The notes: generated by a model not told the origin, from the letters alone. 64,000 nt of DNA from Ruminococcus sp. (GCA_029060755.1 JAIDTI010000089.1:1744-65743), one strand, 5' to 3'; counted from the first letter of the stretch, positions 38,794 to 47,920 are shown. A program made the numbers and translations.

Positions 38794-39849
38794 TTGGAAA
38801 AAACTGATATATTAAGTCTTGATTTGCATGAATTGCAGTTAGCTCTTGAGGAAATGGGTGAGAAAAAATTCAGGGCAAAACAAATATTCCAATGGCTTCA
38901 CGTAAAAAGAGTACTTGATTTTGACAAAATGACTGATATTTCTATCCAATTAAGGGAGCGTCTGAAAGAAAATTTTTGTATAAATGGACTATTTATGCAG
39001 AAAAGACTTGCATCTTGTATAGATAATACGGTAAAATATCTTTATAAGCTTAATGACGGTAATTTTGTTGAGACTGTTTTAATGCAATATCACTATGGAA
39101 ACAGTCTCTGCATATCAACACAAGTTGGCTGTAAAATGGGCTGTAAATTTTGTGCATCAGCAATTGCGGGATTTGTGCGAAATCTTGAACCGTCTGAAAT
39201 GCTTATGCAGATTTATGAGACGGAGAAAAATTCGGGTGTAAAAATTTCCAACCTTGTGCTTATGGGTATAGGTGAACCGCTTGATAATTTTGATAATGTC
39301 ATGAAATTTCTGAATATTCTTTCTCATAAGGACGGAAATAATTTCAGTCTGCGTCATGTTTCGCTTTCAACCTGCGGATTAGTTCCAAAGATTTATGAAC
39401 TTGCTGAACTGAAGCTTGGTCTTACGCTTTGCATTTCTCTCCATAGTGCAGATAATTCAGCACGGAGTGAAATAATGCCTGTCAATTGTGCATATAATAT
39501 AGATGAGCTTATAAAAGCCTGCAAATATTATATTACTGAAACAGGACGACGTATAACGTTTGAATATGCGGTAATTGATAATGTAAATTCGTCTGATAAA
39601 GATGCAGACAAGCTTGCTGATTTACTTCGTGGAATTAACTGCCATGTCAATCTTATTCCAGTTAACAAGGTAAAGGAAAGAAATTATAAAACTGCAAAAA
39701 ATGCTGTAGCTGAATTTGCAGAACGACTTGAAAGACGTGGGATAAATGCAACAGTGAGACGAACTCTTGGAAGTGATATAGAAGCAGCCTGCGGTCAGTT
39801 GAGGCGAGATGCGGTAAATAAAAATGTGAGTGGAGGTGTGAATAAATGA
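38794..39849 (+). CDS. rlmN: 23S rRNA m2A2503 / tRNA radical SAM methyltransferase
   Basis: CISTQVGCKMGCKFC, MGIGEP and DIEAACGQL motifs; TTG at 38794 follows GAGGTG. Confidence 0.96.
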   Translation: MEKTDILSLDLHELQLALEEMGEKKFRAKQIFQWLHVKRVLDFDKMTDISIQLRERLKENFCINGLFMQKRLASCIDNTVKYLYKLNDGNFVETVLMQYHYGNSLCISTQVGCKMGCKFCASAIAGFVRNLEPSEMLMQIYETEKNSGVKISNLVLMGIGEPLDNFDNVMKFLNILSHKDGNNFSLRHVSLSTCGLVPKIYELAELKLGLTLCISLHSADNSARSEIMPVNCAYNIDELIKACKYYITETGRRITFEYAVIDNVNSSDKDADKLADLLRGINCHVNLIPVNKVKERNYKTAKNAVAEFAERLERRGINATVRRTLGSDIEAACGQLRRDAVNKNVSGGVNK

Positions 39850-40577
39850 AGTTCAGATTTGATACAAATATAGGATTGAAACGTGAAGAAAATCAGGATA
39901 CAGTCAGGTGTGAATATTTCGGCAGAAATGTTCTTGCTGTTGTATGTGACGGAATGGGCGGTGAACGAGCGGGAAAAGATGCAAGTGAGATTGCTATAAG
40001 AGAATTTTTCCAACGATTCAAAGACGGTTATAATGATGAACTTGACAACGACGGAATACGAAAACTGCTGATTTCGTCGGTTTCAGCAGCTAATTCAGTG
40101 ATTTACACAAAAGCTAAAATGGATTTTACAAATTTTGGCATGGGTACAACGTGTGTGGCGGCTTTTATAAATTCAGATGCGGCATTTATTGCAAATGTAG
40201 GCGACAGCCGTGCATATGTTGTTGTTAAGGAATCGGGAATATATCAGGTTACATCAGACCATAACGTTGCAACTATGCTTTATGAGCAGGGAGAAATTAC
40301 AGAGGAAGAAATGCAGAATCACCCGAAAAGACATATGCTTACAAGAGCAGTCGGAGTTGATAAAACGGTGCTTACTGATACATTTATTCTCACCTATGAT
40401 GACAAAATAAATCTTCTTCTCTGTTCGGACGGTTTGTCAGGCTATTGCAGTGATGATGAAATATTTAGTGTTATTTGTGAAAATAGTTTTGATAATACTG
40501 TAGACGCTCTTATCGGTCTTGCGCTTGATAAAGGCGGTAGGGATAATGTTACAATTGCATATATCTCTAATGAATAA
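39846..40577 (+). CDS. stp: PP2C-family Ser/Thr phosphatase (Stp1/PrpC)
   Basis: ENQD, VCDGMGG, ANVGDSRAY, LLCSDGLS and GRDNVT motifs. Confidence 0.95.
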   Translation: MKFRFDTNIGLKREENQDTVRCEYFGRNVLAVVCDGMGGERAGKDASEIAIREFFQRFKDGYNDELDNDGIRKLLISSVSAANSVIYTKAKMDFTNFGMGTTCVAAFINSDAAFIANVGDSRAYVVVKESGIYQVTSDHNVATMLYEQGEITEEEMQNHPKRHMLTRAVGVDKTVLTDTFILTYDDKINLLLCSDGLSGYCSDDEIFSVICENSFDNTVDALIGLALDKGGRDNVTIAYISNE

Positions 40578-40624
40578 TATTTTTTGCTGTTAATTAAAAT
40601 AAACTTAAAAGGAAGGGAAAAGCA

Positions 40625-43054
40625 ATGGACAAGTACATTGGAAAAAAACTTGATGGCAGATATGAGATAACTGAACTCATAGGCGTTGGCGGAATGGCTG
40701 AAGTTTATAAGGGTGCAGATGTTATTGATAACAAGCCTGTTGCTATCAAAATTCTCAAAAAGGAGTATGCAGAGAATGAAGAATTTCTGCGCCGTTTCAG
40801 AAATGAATCAAAGGCAATTGCAGTTCTCTCTCACCCGAATATTGTAAAGATTTATGATGTCGGATTTTCTGACCAGCTACAATATATTGTAATGGAATAT
40901 ATTGAGGGAATTACTCTTAAAGAGTATATTGAGGAAGAACAGGTGCTTACATGGAAAGATACTGTACATTTTGTGATACAGATTCTCCGTGCATTACAGC
41001 ACGCTCATGATAAAGGTATTGTACACAGGGATATAAAACCGCAGAATATAATGATGTTCAGCGACGGCACTATAAAGGTCATGGATTTTGGTATCGCAAA
41101 ATTTGCCCGTGAAGAAGGCAAGACTGCTACAGACCAGGCTATTGGAAGTGTACATTATATCAGTCCGGAACAGGCGGGCGGTGATGTTACAGACCAGAAA
41201 AGCGACATCTATTCAGTTGGCGCAATGATGTATGAGATGCTTACAGGGCAGAAACCTTTTGACAGTGATAATCCCGTAGCCATTGCAGTGATGCATATGC
41301 ACGATATTCCGGAACGTCCAAGAGCTATTAATCCTGATATTCCTGACGGACTGGAAGAAATCGTACTTAGAGCTATGGAAAAAGCTCCTGCTGACAGATA
41401 CCAGAATACAGATGAAATGATTTCTGATATTACAGATTTCAAGGATAATCCGAATATCGTTTTTGGCTATTATCAGGAGGAAGGCACAGACGATGATGCA
41501 GATACTGTATATGTAGGTCAGGCAGGAAATGAGTATGCAGAGCCAGTACAGGAAAGACAGAATGTATATGCACCTGACAGAAACGGCGGTTATTACGGCA
41601 ATTCCAATCAGCCTTATGCTGATGCCTATGCAAATGATGATTATTATAATGATGATGATGATTATGATGAAGATGATGACGATGAGGAAGAGGGAGAGGA
41701 ACGCTCATCACTTGCTGTTCCTGTTCTTACAGCTGTTGTTGTTGTAGTTATTATTGTCGGAGTTATTGTCATTTCAATGCTTCTTTCGGATATGATTTCA
41801 AATACAACGCAGACAAATGACTGGAGAATGCCTGATGTTGTTGGTATGGATTTCCAGGACGCTCAAAGTGCATATGGAAATAACATCAGATTCCAGGAGG
41901 ACGGACAGGAATTTGATGAGGCAGAAGCTGGTGTCATTATTTATCAGGATTTAGAGCCTGGTACAGAGTTCAAGAAAGGTGATACGCTTAAGGTCAAGAT
42001 AAGTAAGGGCATGGAAACTATAGAAGTTCCTGATGTAACGGAGAAAAATTCACAGCTTGCACAGGATATTCTTGAACAATTCCACCTTAAAGCTGAAATC
42101 AAGAACACGCCAAGTACAGAAGTAGAAAAAGGTAAAGTTATCAAGACAGAGCCTGAAGCAGGACAGAAAGCGCACATTGATTCAACTGTTATTGTTTATG
42201 TAAGTATGGGTCAGGAAGCAGGACAGATTAAAATTGACAATTGGGTTGGCATGACAATTGATGATGCATCAATGCTTGCAGGATATAAAGGTCTTAAGGT
42301 TGCCAATGAACCGATAGCATCTTATGAAGATGAAGGCAAGGTTGTAAAGCAGTCCATTGATGAAAATGAAAAAGTTGAAGTTGGTACAACAATTACTTTC
42401 TATGTAAGTAACGGCAAAAAGCCTGACGGTGAAGTACCTTTCCAGATTGACTTCCCGATTGAAGCTAACGGACGTTTCGTTATTGCCTTTATGTTCAAGA
42501 ATGAGGATGGTACTATGAACATTCAGGAAACATCATATATATACTGTCCTGAAATGGCATCATATACTATGAATGTTGTCGGTTCTGGTGAGGACGTGAG
42601 CGTTACAGTCCAGCTTACAAATCTTAATAACTCAAAGAGAGCAACAGTCGGCACGTATACCTTTAACTTCGCAGATTCTACAGCGGTATGTACAGCAGGC
42701 GGTGACATTCGTTCAGCGTTTGAGCAGGTTGAAGGATTCCCTGAACAGCAGACAACAGAACCGGAAGAGCCGACAACTCAAGAACCAACAGAGCCACAAG
42801 GTGATTATGTTGACGGAACTTATATCTATTATAATGAGGGTGTAAACGGCGACTATGTAAACGGTGTATGGCGTTGGTACGGCGACTATCACAACGGCGT
42901 ATGGGAATGGTATAACAACGGCGGTAACGGCGCATGGATTGACGGCGGTTCAACATGGCAGTGGTATGAGCCATTTGTAAACGGCGAATGGGGTACAGAC
43001 GGTTTCTGGTACTGGTATGGAAACAATAACGGTGGCGGAAACGGAACATGGTAA
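40625..43054 (+). CDS. pknB: PASTA-domain Ser/Thr kinase (PknB/PrkC) with extra C-terminal domain and Trp-rich tail
   Basis: GVGGMAEVY, VAIK, HRDIKPQN, DFG and SPEQ motifs; acidic juxtamembrane linker, TM helix, three PASTA repeats (MPDVVG, VPDVTE, IDNWVG). Confidence 0.96.
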   Translation: MDKYIGKKLDGRYEITELIGVGGMAEVYKGADVIDNKPVAIKILKKEYAENEEFLRRFRNESKAIAVLSHPNIVKIYDVGFSDQLQYIVMEYIEGITLKEYIEEEQVLTWKDTVHFVIQILRALQHAHDKGIVHRDIKPQNIMMFSDGTIKVMDFGIAKFAREEGKTATDQAIGSVHYISPEQAGGDVTDQKSDIYSVGAMMYEMLTGQKPFDSDNPVAIAVMHMHDIPERPRAINPDIPDGLEEIVLRAMEKAPADRYQNTDEMISDITDFKDNPNIVFGYYQEEGTDDDADTVYVGQAGNEYAEPVQERQNVYAPDRNGGYYGNSNQPYADAYANDDYYNDDDDYDEDDDDEEEGEERSSLAVPVLTAVVVVVIIVGVIVISMLLSDMISNTTQTNDWRMPDVVGMDFQDAQSAYGNNIRFQEDGQEFDEAEAGVIIYQDLEPGTEFKKGDTLKVKISKGMETIEVPDVTEKNSQLAQDILEQFHLKAEIKNTPSTEVEKGKVIKTEPEAGQKAHIDSTVIVYVSMGQEAGQIKIDNWVGMTIDDASMLAGYKGLKVANEPIASYEDEGKVVKQSIDENEKVEVGTTITFYVSNGKKPDGEVPFQIDFPIEANGRFVIAFMFKNEDGTMNIQETSYIYCPEMASYTMNVVGSGEDVSVTVQLTNLNNSKRATVGTYTFNFADSTAVCTAGGDIRSAFEQVEGFPEQQTTEPEEPTTQEPTEPQGDYVDGTYIYYNEGVNGDYVNGVWRWYGDYHNGVWEWYNNGGNGAWIDGGSTWQWYEPFVNGEWGTDGFWYWYGNNNGGGNGTW

Positions 43055-43929
43055 ACGCTGGTAAAACAAGCGGAATTATACTGAAATGCTTAGGGGGACT
43101 CTATACAGTGGAGTCCCCTGATGACATTTTTGAATGTAAGGCAAGAGGAATTTTCCGCAAAAAAGGAATAAGCCCATCTGTTGGAGATAATGTGATTGTA
43201 GAAAATGGCGTTATCTCTGAAATAGGCGAAAGGAAAAATTTTCTTATAAGACCGCCTCTTGCAAATCTTAACCAGATTATTTTTATTGTATCAACTGTAA
43301 GTCCCGTGCCTAATTTTCTTATCCTTGACAAGTTTATTGCCATTGCGGAGTATAAAAATATTGAGCCTGTTATAATCATCACAAAGATTGATTTAGGTGA
43401 CAGCAAGCCCATAAAAGATGTATACAGTTCAATAGGAATAAAGGTTTTTGAAGCAGATTATAACAGTGAATCATCAATACAGGCAGTGCGTGAACTTCTC
43501 AAAGGAAAAATAAGTGCATTTACGGGAAATTCTGGAGCAGGAAAGTCAACACTTCTTAATGCTGTTGACCCCGATTTGAATATTCCTACAGGTGAGATAA
43601 GCAAAAAGCTTGGCAGAGGAAGGCACATTACACGTCATGCAGAACTTTACAGGCTGAAAGACGGCGGATATATTGCTGATACTCCCGGTTTCTCTACATT
43701 TGAAACTAACCGTTATGACATAATACGAAAAGAAGAACTTGCAGGCTGTTTCCGTGAATTTGCTGATTATACTGAAAATTGTCTTTTCCGTGACTGCTCT
43801 CACACCTGCGAAAAAGGCTGTGCAGTTGTTGAAGCGGTTGCAAATGGTATAATACCAAAAATAAGGCATGAAAGCTATTGTGCTATGTATGATGAGGCAA
43901 AACAGCTTAAGGAGTGGGAACTTAAATGA
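43048..43929 (+). CDS. rsgA: Ribosome small subunit-dependent GTPase A
   Basis: TKID, GNSGAGKST, GRHIT, DTPGF and C.F.DC.H..E.GC motifs. Confidence 0.96.
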   Translation: MVNAGKTSGIILKCLGGLYTVESPDDIFECKARGIFRKKGISPSVGDNVIVENGVISEIGERKNFLIRPPLANLNQIIFIVSTVSPVPNFLILDKFIAIAEYKNIEPVIIITKIDLGDSKPIKDVYSSIGIKVFEADYNSESSIQAVRELLKGKISAFTGNSGAGKSTLLNAVDPDLNIPTGEISKKLGRGRHITRHAELYRLKDGGYIADTPGFSTFETNRYDIIRKEELAGCFREFADYTENCLFRDCSHTCEKGCAVVEAVANGIIPKIRHESYCAMYDEAKQLKEWELK

Positions 43930-44555
43930 GATGTGCAATTTTTGCAGGTGGTGAGATAAAGGACTTATCTTTTATAGATGTGTCTGAAATTAGAAAAAGC
44001 TGTAATCTTGTGATATGTGCAGACAGCGGATATAACTATGCCCGAAAACTTGACATAGTTCCCGATATTATTGTAGGCGATTTTGATTCGTATACAGAAA
44101 ATCTGCCCGAAAATGTAATGATTTACAGAAGTCTGCCTGAAAAAGATGATACAGACACAATGCTTGCTGTCAGGACGGCAATAGAAAACGGCTGTACAGA
44201 TATATGCTTATACGGCGCATTAGGAAAAAGATTTGACCATGCTTTTGCAAATATACAGGTACTTGTATACGCCTATGAAAAGGGCTGTACTATGAAAATT
44301 ATTGATTCTGATAATGAAATTACGGTGCAGGGGACAGGCTGTAAGGAGTACAAAAAGCTTGACGGCTGGTATTTTTCGATTTTTTCATTGACAGAAAAGG
44401 CTTTGATTAAAAAATATTACGGTGTGAAATATCCTCTGTATGATTTTGAACTTGAAAAAAGTTTTCCTATAGGTGTAAGCAACGAAATCACGGAAAACAA
44501 GGCTGTTTTGCAGATAGATTCAGGACTTGTGCTTATTGTGCGTTCAAAGATGTAA
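43926..44555 (+). CDS. thiN: Thiamine pyrophosphokinase
   Basis: CADSG, GDFDS, EKDDTD, GKRFDH..AN and GVSNE motifs. Confidence 0.94.
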   Translation: MRCAIFAGGEIKDLSFIDVSEIRKSCNLVICADSGYNYARKLDIVPDIIVGDFDSYTENLPENVMIYRSLPEKDDTDTMLAVRTAIENGCTDICLYGALGKRFDHAFANIQVLVYAYEKGCTMKIIDSDNEITVQGTGCKEYKKLDGWYFSIFSLTEKALIKKYYGVKYPLYDFELEKSFPIGVSNEITENKAVLQIDSGLVLIVRSKM

Positions 44556-44614
44556 CCAAATCCGATTCAGTGAATATAATATAATAATACATCGCTGAAA
44601 AGGGGGTACATAAA

Positions 44615-44698
44615 ATGAAAATAGTAGTAATAAAGAGTCCAAAGTTTTTATCAGGGATATTGCGTGCGATTTTTAAGATAAAAAAAGAGGAAGAGTAA
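44615..44698 (+). CDS. spoVM: Stage V sporulation protein M (27 aa, below the ORF-track cut-off)
   Basis: MKIVVIKSPKFLSGILRAIFKIKKEEE resembles B. subtilis SpoVM (MKFYTIKLPKFLGGIVRAML...), including Pro9; GGGGG RBS; follows thiN as in Bacillus. Confidence 0.88.
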   Translation: MKIVVIKSPKFLSGILRAIFKIKKEEE

Positions 44699-44709
44699 GA
44701 AATCAGGCT

Positions 44710-44739
44710 AAAAAAGGACGCTTATTTGCGTCCCTTTTT
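44710..44739. terminator. Bidirectional terminator between spoVM and the ttcA-like gene
   Basis: AAAAAAGGACGC-TTATTT-GCGTCCCTTTTT. Confidence 0.8.
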
Positions 44740-45573
44740 GTTATATGTATCAAGAAAATTATGTGTGCCGTTTTCATCTTTGTAAGCTATGAGTGTATTG
44801 AGATTGACATTTTCAACGCTCCTGAAAATATTTTTTTCAACCTGCGGATTGATTTTTTTCAGTTCTGCTATAAGATGTTTTGTTTCAATGCGTTTTGATG
44901 TTGATTGTCCGTTCTCATCAATATTGGAGCAGGTTTCCGTAAATCGACAAGCACACTGTATAAACTGTAGGTCGTTATAACAGCACCAATGCTTTATGTC
45001 GTTTTCTCTTATGAGGTACATTGGACGGATAAGCTCCATACCCTCAAAATTTGTGCTGTGCAGTTTAGGCATCATCGTCTGAATCTGTCCGCCATAAAGC
45101 ATACCCATTAATATTGTCTCAATAACATCATCAAAATGATGTCCAAGAGCTATTTTATTACAACCAAGTTCCTTTGCTTTGCTGTAGAGATAACCACGTC
45201 TCATTCTTGCACAGATATAGCACGGATTTTTTTCTATATGCACAACCGAACCGAAAATATCTGATTCAAAAATTTCAATCGGTATTGACAGAATTTCTGC
45301 GTTATACTTAATCTGTTGCAGATTTTTTTCGTTATATCCCGGATTCATTACAAGAAAAACAAGTTCAAACGGAAATTTATCATGTCTTTTGAGTTCCTGA
45401 AAAAGTTTTGCCATGAGCATGGAATCCTTACCGCCTGAAATGCAGACAGCTATTTTGTCATTCGGCTGAATCAGTTCATATTCATTTATAGCTTTTGTGA
45501 ATTTACACCATATACTTTTCTTGAATTTTTTGCGCAGACTTAATTCTGCCTGTGCTGTAATATCATTAATCAT
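44722..45573 (-). CDS. ttcA: TtcA-family tRNA 2-thiocytidine biosynthesis protein (PP-loop)
   Basis: SGGKDS PP-loop, PCYICARMRRG, ALGHHFDD, IRPM and Cys-rich QCAC motifs. Confidence 0.8.
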   Translation of the reverse strand: MINDITAQAELSLRKKFKKSIWCKFTKAINEYELIQPNDKIAVCISGGKDSMLMAKLFQELKRHDKFPFELVFLVMNPGYNEKNLQQIKYNAEILSIPIEIFESDIFGSVVHIEKNPCYICARMRRGYLYSKAKELGCNKIALGHHFDDVIETILMGMLYGGQIQTMMPKLHSTNFEGMELIRPMYLIRENDIKHWCCYNDLQFIQCACRFTETCSNIDENGQSTSKRIETKHLIAELKKINPQVEKNIFRSVENVNLNTLIAYKDENGTHNFLDTYNKKGRK

Positions 45574-45590
45574 AAAATCACCTTGTATGT

Positions 45591-45616
45591 AAATTCCCCT
45601 GTATAAAGGGGAATTT
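45591..45616 (-). terminator. Terminator of the M23/SpoIIQ-like gene
   Basis: AAATTCCCCT-GTATAA-AGGGGAATTT perfect 10-bp stem just past the stop. Confidence 0.7.
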
Positions 45617-45621
45617 TTGTA

Positions 45622-46422
45622 TTATTTAAGTGCTGAAAGCGGGTCGATATAGTTTCCGTTGTGTGTCAGTTCCATATGAAGATGCGGAGATAATGCGCTT
45701 TCAATATCAGCAGTATTTCCGACAGTGCCAATCAGGTCACCGCTTATAACCATATCACCGCACTGAACATCAAGACCATTTGATAAACCGCAGTATTTAG
45801 TCATAAAACCGTTGTGGTGGTCGATAAGGACAGTAACACCCCATACAGGGTCATTTTTTATTTCTGCAACTTCGCCATTTGATACTGCATATACTTCTGC
45901 GCCTACTTCTGCCAGAATATCAACGCCGTTATGGGTCTGCCATGAGCCTGTTGTAATACTTTTTACCAGTTCACCACCGCTGAATACTCCGACAATCTCA
46001 TTTATATCAGCCAAAGGGTACTTGACATTTTCAAGCTTTACTGCTCCGGCTGGTTCAGCTTCTTCCTCTGTTTCATTGTAAACGGGCTGTTCCTCATAGT
46101 CATAGATTTCAGCTGACGGAATTGTAACAACAGGTGGAGCTGTCTCTACAGGCGGAGCTGTAGCAACTGAAACTCTTGTTGTAGTCTGTGCTGTTGTTGT
46201 CTGTCTGTAGACAAATTCAGTTGTTATTTTCGGTACATTTTCAACTGTTTTGTCAACAGGCTTGTTTGATTCTGAAACACTGTTCTTTGCACTAAATTCA
46301 TTTGTAAGCTTTTCGCCTTGTTCATATGCAAAATAACAGGCAGAGCCAATCATAACCGCACTTATTCCTAATGCTGTATAAAATCCTTTTGAGCCTTTTT
46401 TGTTATCTGAAAATTTTTTCAC
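45622..46422 (-). CDS. Membrane-anchored M23 peptidase, SpoIIQ-like
   Basis: KKGSKGFYTALG TM anchor, Thr/Pro stalk, intact HNGVD and HLH Zn motifs; GTG at 46422 with GGAGGTG RBS. Confidence 0.8.
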   Translation of the reverse strand: MKKFSDNKKGSKGFYTALGISAVMIGSACYFAYEQGEKLTNEFSAKNSVSESNKPVDKTVENVPKITTEFVYRQTTTAQTTTRVSVATAPPVETAPPVVTIPSAEIYDYEEQPVYNETEEEAEPAGAVKLENVKYPLADINEIVGVFSGGELVKSITTGSWQTHNGVDILAEVGAEVYAVSNGEVAEIKNDPVWGVTVLIDHHNGFMTKYCGLSNGLDVQCGDMVISGDLIGTVGNTADIESALSPHLHMELTHNGNYIDPLSALK

Positions 46423-46493
46423 GTATAACACCTCCGTCATTATTGTTGACAAACTAAAGGAAATTATACGCATTTATTGAAATTTACTGCAAA

Positions 46494-47732
46494 TCAGTTT
46501 GTAGGATTGAGCAGTTCAAGAGACAATGTTCTTGAATCTACATCAAAATAATTTTCAAGTTCTGCAACATAGTATCTGAAACATACTTTACCATTAAATT
46601 TGAGAACATCACCCGATTCAGAAATTCCGAAACCTGCTAATTGTTCATCTGTAAGACTTTTAAAAGGAACAGAATAATTTTTCTGGATTTCAAAAAGTCT
46701 TCTGTCATATTCATCAAGATGTGAGTTATTGAAAATTTTGAGTTGTTTTTTATTAAGTTCGGTAAAATATATTCTGTCTGCTGATGTCTTTTTTGTTTTT
46801 TCAAGAAGTTCATCTGTAGGATTAAGAACATAATATCTGCCTGATTTTTCTCTGCCTATATCAAAAAGAGCAAGCTGTTCATCACTTAAATCATCAAGCT
46901 TTATCGGTCGAACATCAGAAGCAGTAAAACCAGCTTCAAGCAGAATATACACATTTACATTTCCTACTTCAAGTGTATTTTCCATAGTGTAACCCAAAGC
47001 TTCAAGTTCTTCTTGTGAAAGGCTGACTTCTATATTATCAGAAATTTCATTAAGCTGTTCTGATATATTAGCACGGTTTTCATTTGTCCATTCAATGTTT
47101 ATCTCCTCACACATAGGGCGAACCTGATAAACAGCACGTTTAATATTTTTCAGTTTAAATGTTATAAAAGGATAAGTCATGTCTGCATAGTTCGGCTCTA
47201 TGTATACAGCCGTACTGCCGTTTGATGTATCCTCTGTATTTATTATGGAATAGCGGTATTTTCCCGACGGAGATTCTCCGCTTTCAATTACTTCTGTTTT
47301 TGCAACAGTTACAAAAAATGACGTAAACAAAAAGTAGCCTAAAGCACTGAAAACATACATAAGAAGTATAACTGTTCCGATAACAGTTTTTGTTCCTTCT
47401 CCTGCACCTGAAAAAAGCAATATCAGAATACCCGTTATTATAATAGGAATGATAAGACTTTTTTCACTGAAATTCAACAAGACAACAGGAACCATAAAAA
47501 TCAGTATAAGAAAACTTGATAATCTTGTAAGAATCTGTTTTCTTGTATAAAGCATGAAAATCAATGCTATAACTGATACTGACGAGACAACAAGACAGAG
47601 AGAAAGTCTGTCATCGATATGGAAAGAATAGAAAATTGAGAAGTAGGCAAGAAAACACACTCCGACTGTATAAAGAGATGCTATAATTGCTACAAATCGT
47701 TTCGTCCATACGTTTGAAAAGAAAGATTTCAT
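46494..47732 (-). CDS. Hypothetical membrane protein (about 5 N-terminal TMs plus a repeat-bearing soluble domain)
   Basis: Long ORF with GGAGG RBS; hydrophobic N-terminal third; SPSGKYRY motif; degenerate L[S/T]DEQL..F.I repeats. Confidence 0.8.
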   Translation of the reverse strand: MKSFFSNVWTKRFVAIIASLYTVGVCFLAYFSIFYSFHIDDRLSLCLVVSSVSVIALIFMLYTRKQILTRLSSFLILIFMVPVVLLNFSEKSLIIPIIITGILILLFSGAGEGTKTVIGTVILLMYVFSALGYFLFTSFFVTVAKTEVIESGESPSGKYRYSIINTEDTSNGSTAVYIEPNYADMTYPFITFKLKNIKRAVYQVRPMCEEINIEWTNENRANISEQLNEISDNIEVSLSQEELEALGYTMENTLEVGNVNVYILLEAGFTASDVRPIKLDDLSDEQLALFDIGREKSGRYYVLNPTDELLEKTKKTSADRIYFTELNKKQLKIFNNSHLDEYDRRLFEIQKNYSVPFKSLTDEQLAGFGISESGDVLKFNGKVCFRYYVAELENYFDVDSRTLSLELLNPTN

Positions 47733-47786
47733 TTTAACCTCCGAAATTATATAATGTCATGTATGAAAAATTTTGCATACAAATAT

Positions 47787-47815
47787 ATTATACCACCTTT
47801 AAAAAAAAGTTACAA
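47787..47815 (-). promoter_or_regulatory. Sigma-A promoter of the membrane-protein gene
   Basis: TTGTAA-N17-TATAAT with TG extended -10. Confidence 0.65.
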
Positions 47816-47863
47816 GTGATTTTCAGAATAAATAGTTACTAAATGGTTACAAATTCCAGACTA

Positions 47864-47892
47864 TTTACAAATTATGAATTATGATGTATAAT
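47864..47892 (+). promoter_or_regulatory. Sigma-A promoter of the vanZ-like gene
   Basis: TTTACA-N17-TATAAT. Confidence 0.6.
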
Positions 47893-47920
47893 ATAATATG
47901 AAATGAGGTGTTTTTTACAT

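Noticed and set aside
44556-44614. Sigma-E promoter for spoVM
   Set aside because: The AT-rich stretch gives a loose -10 but no properly spaced -35, so it is not supportable.
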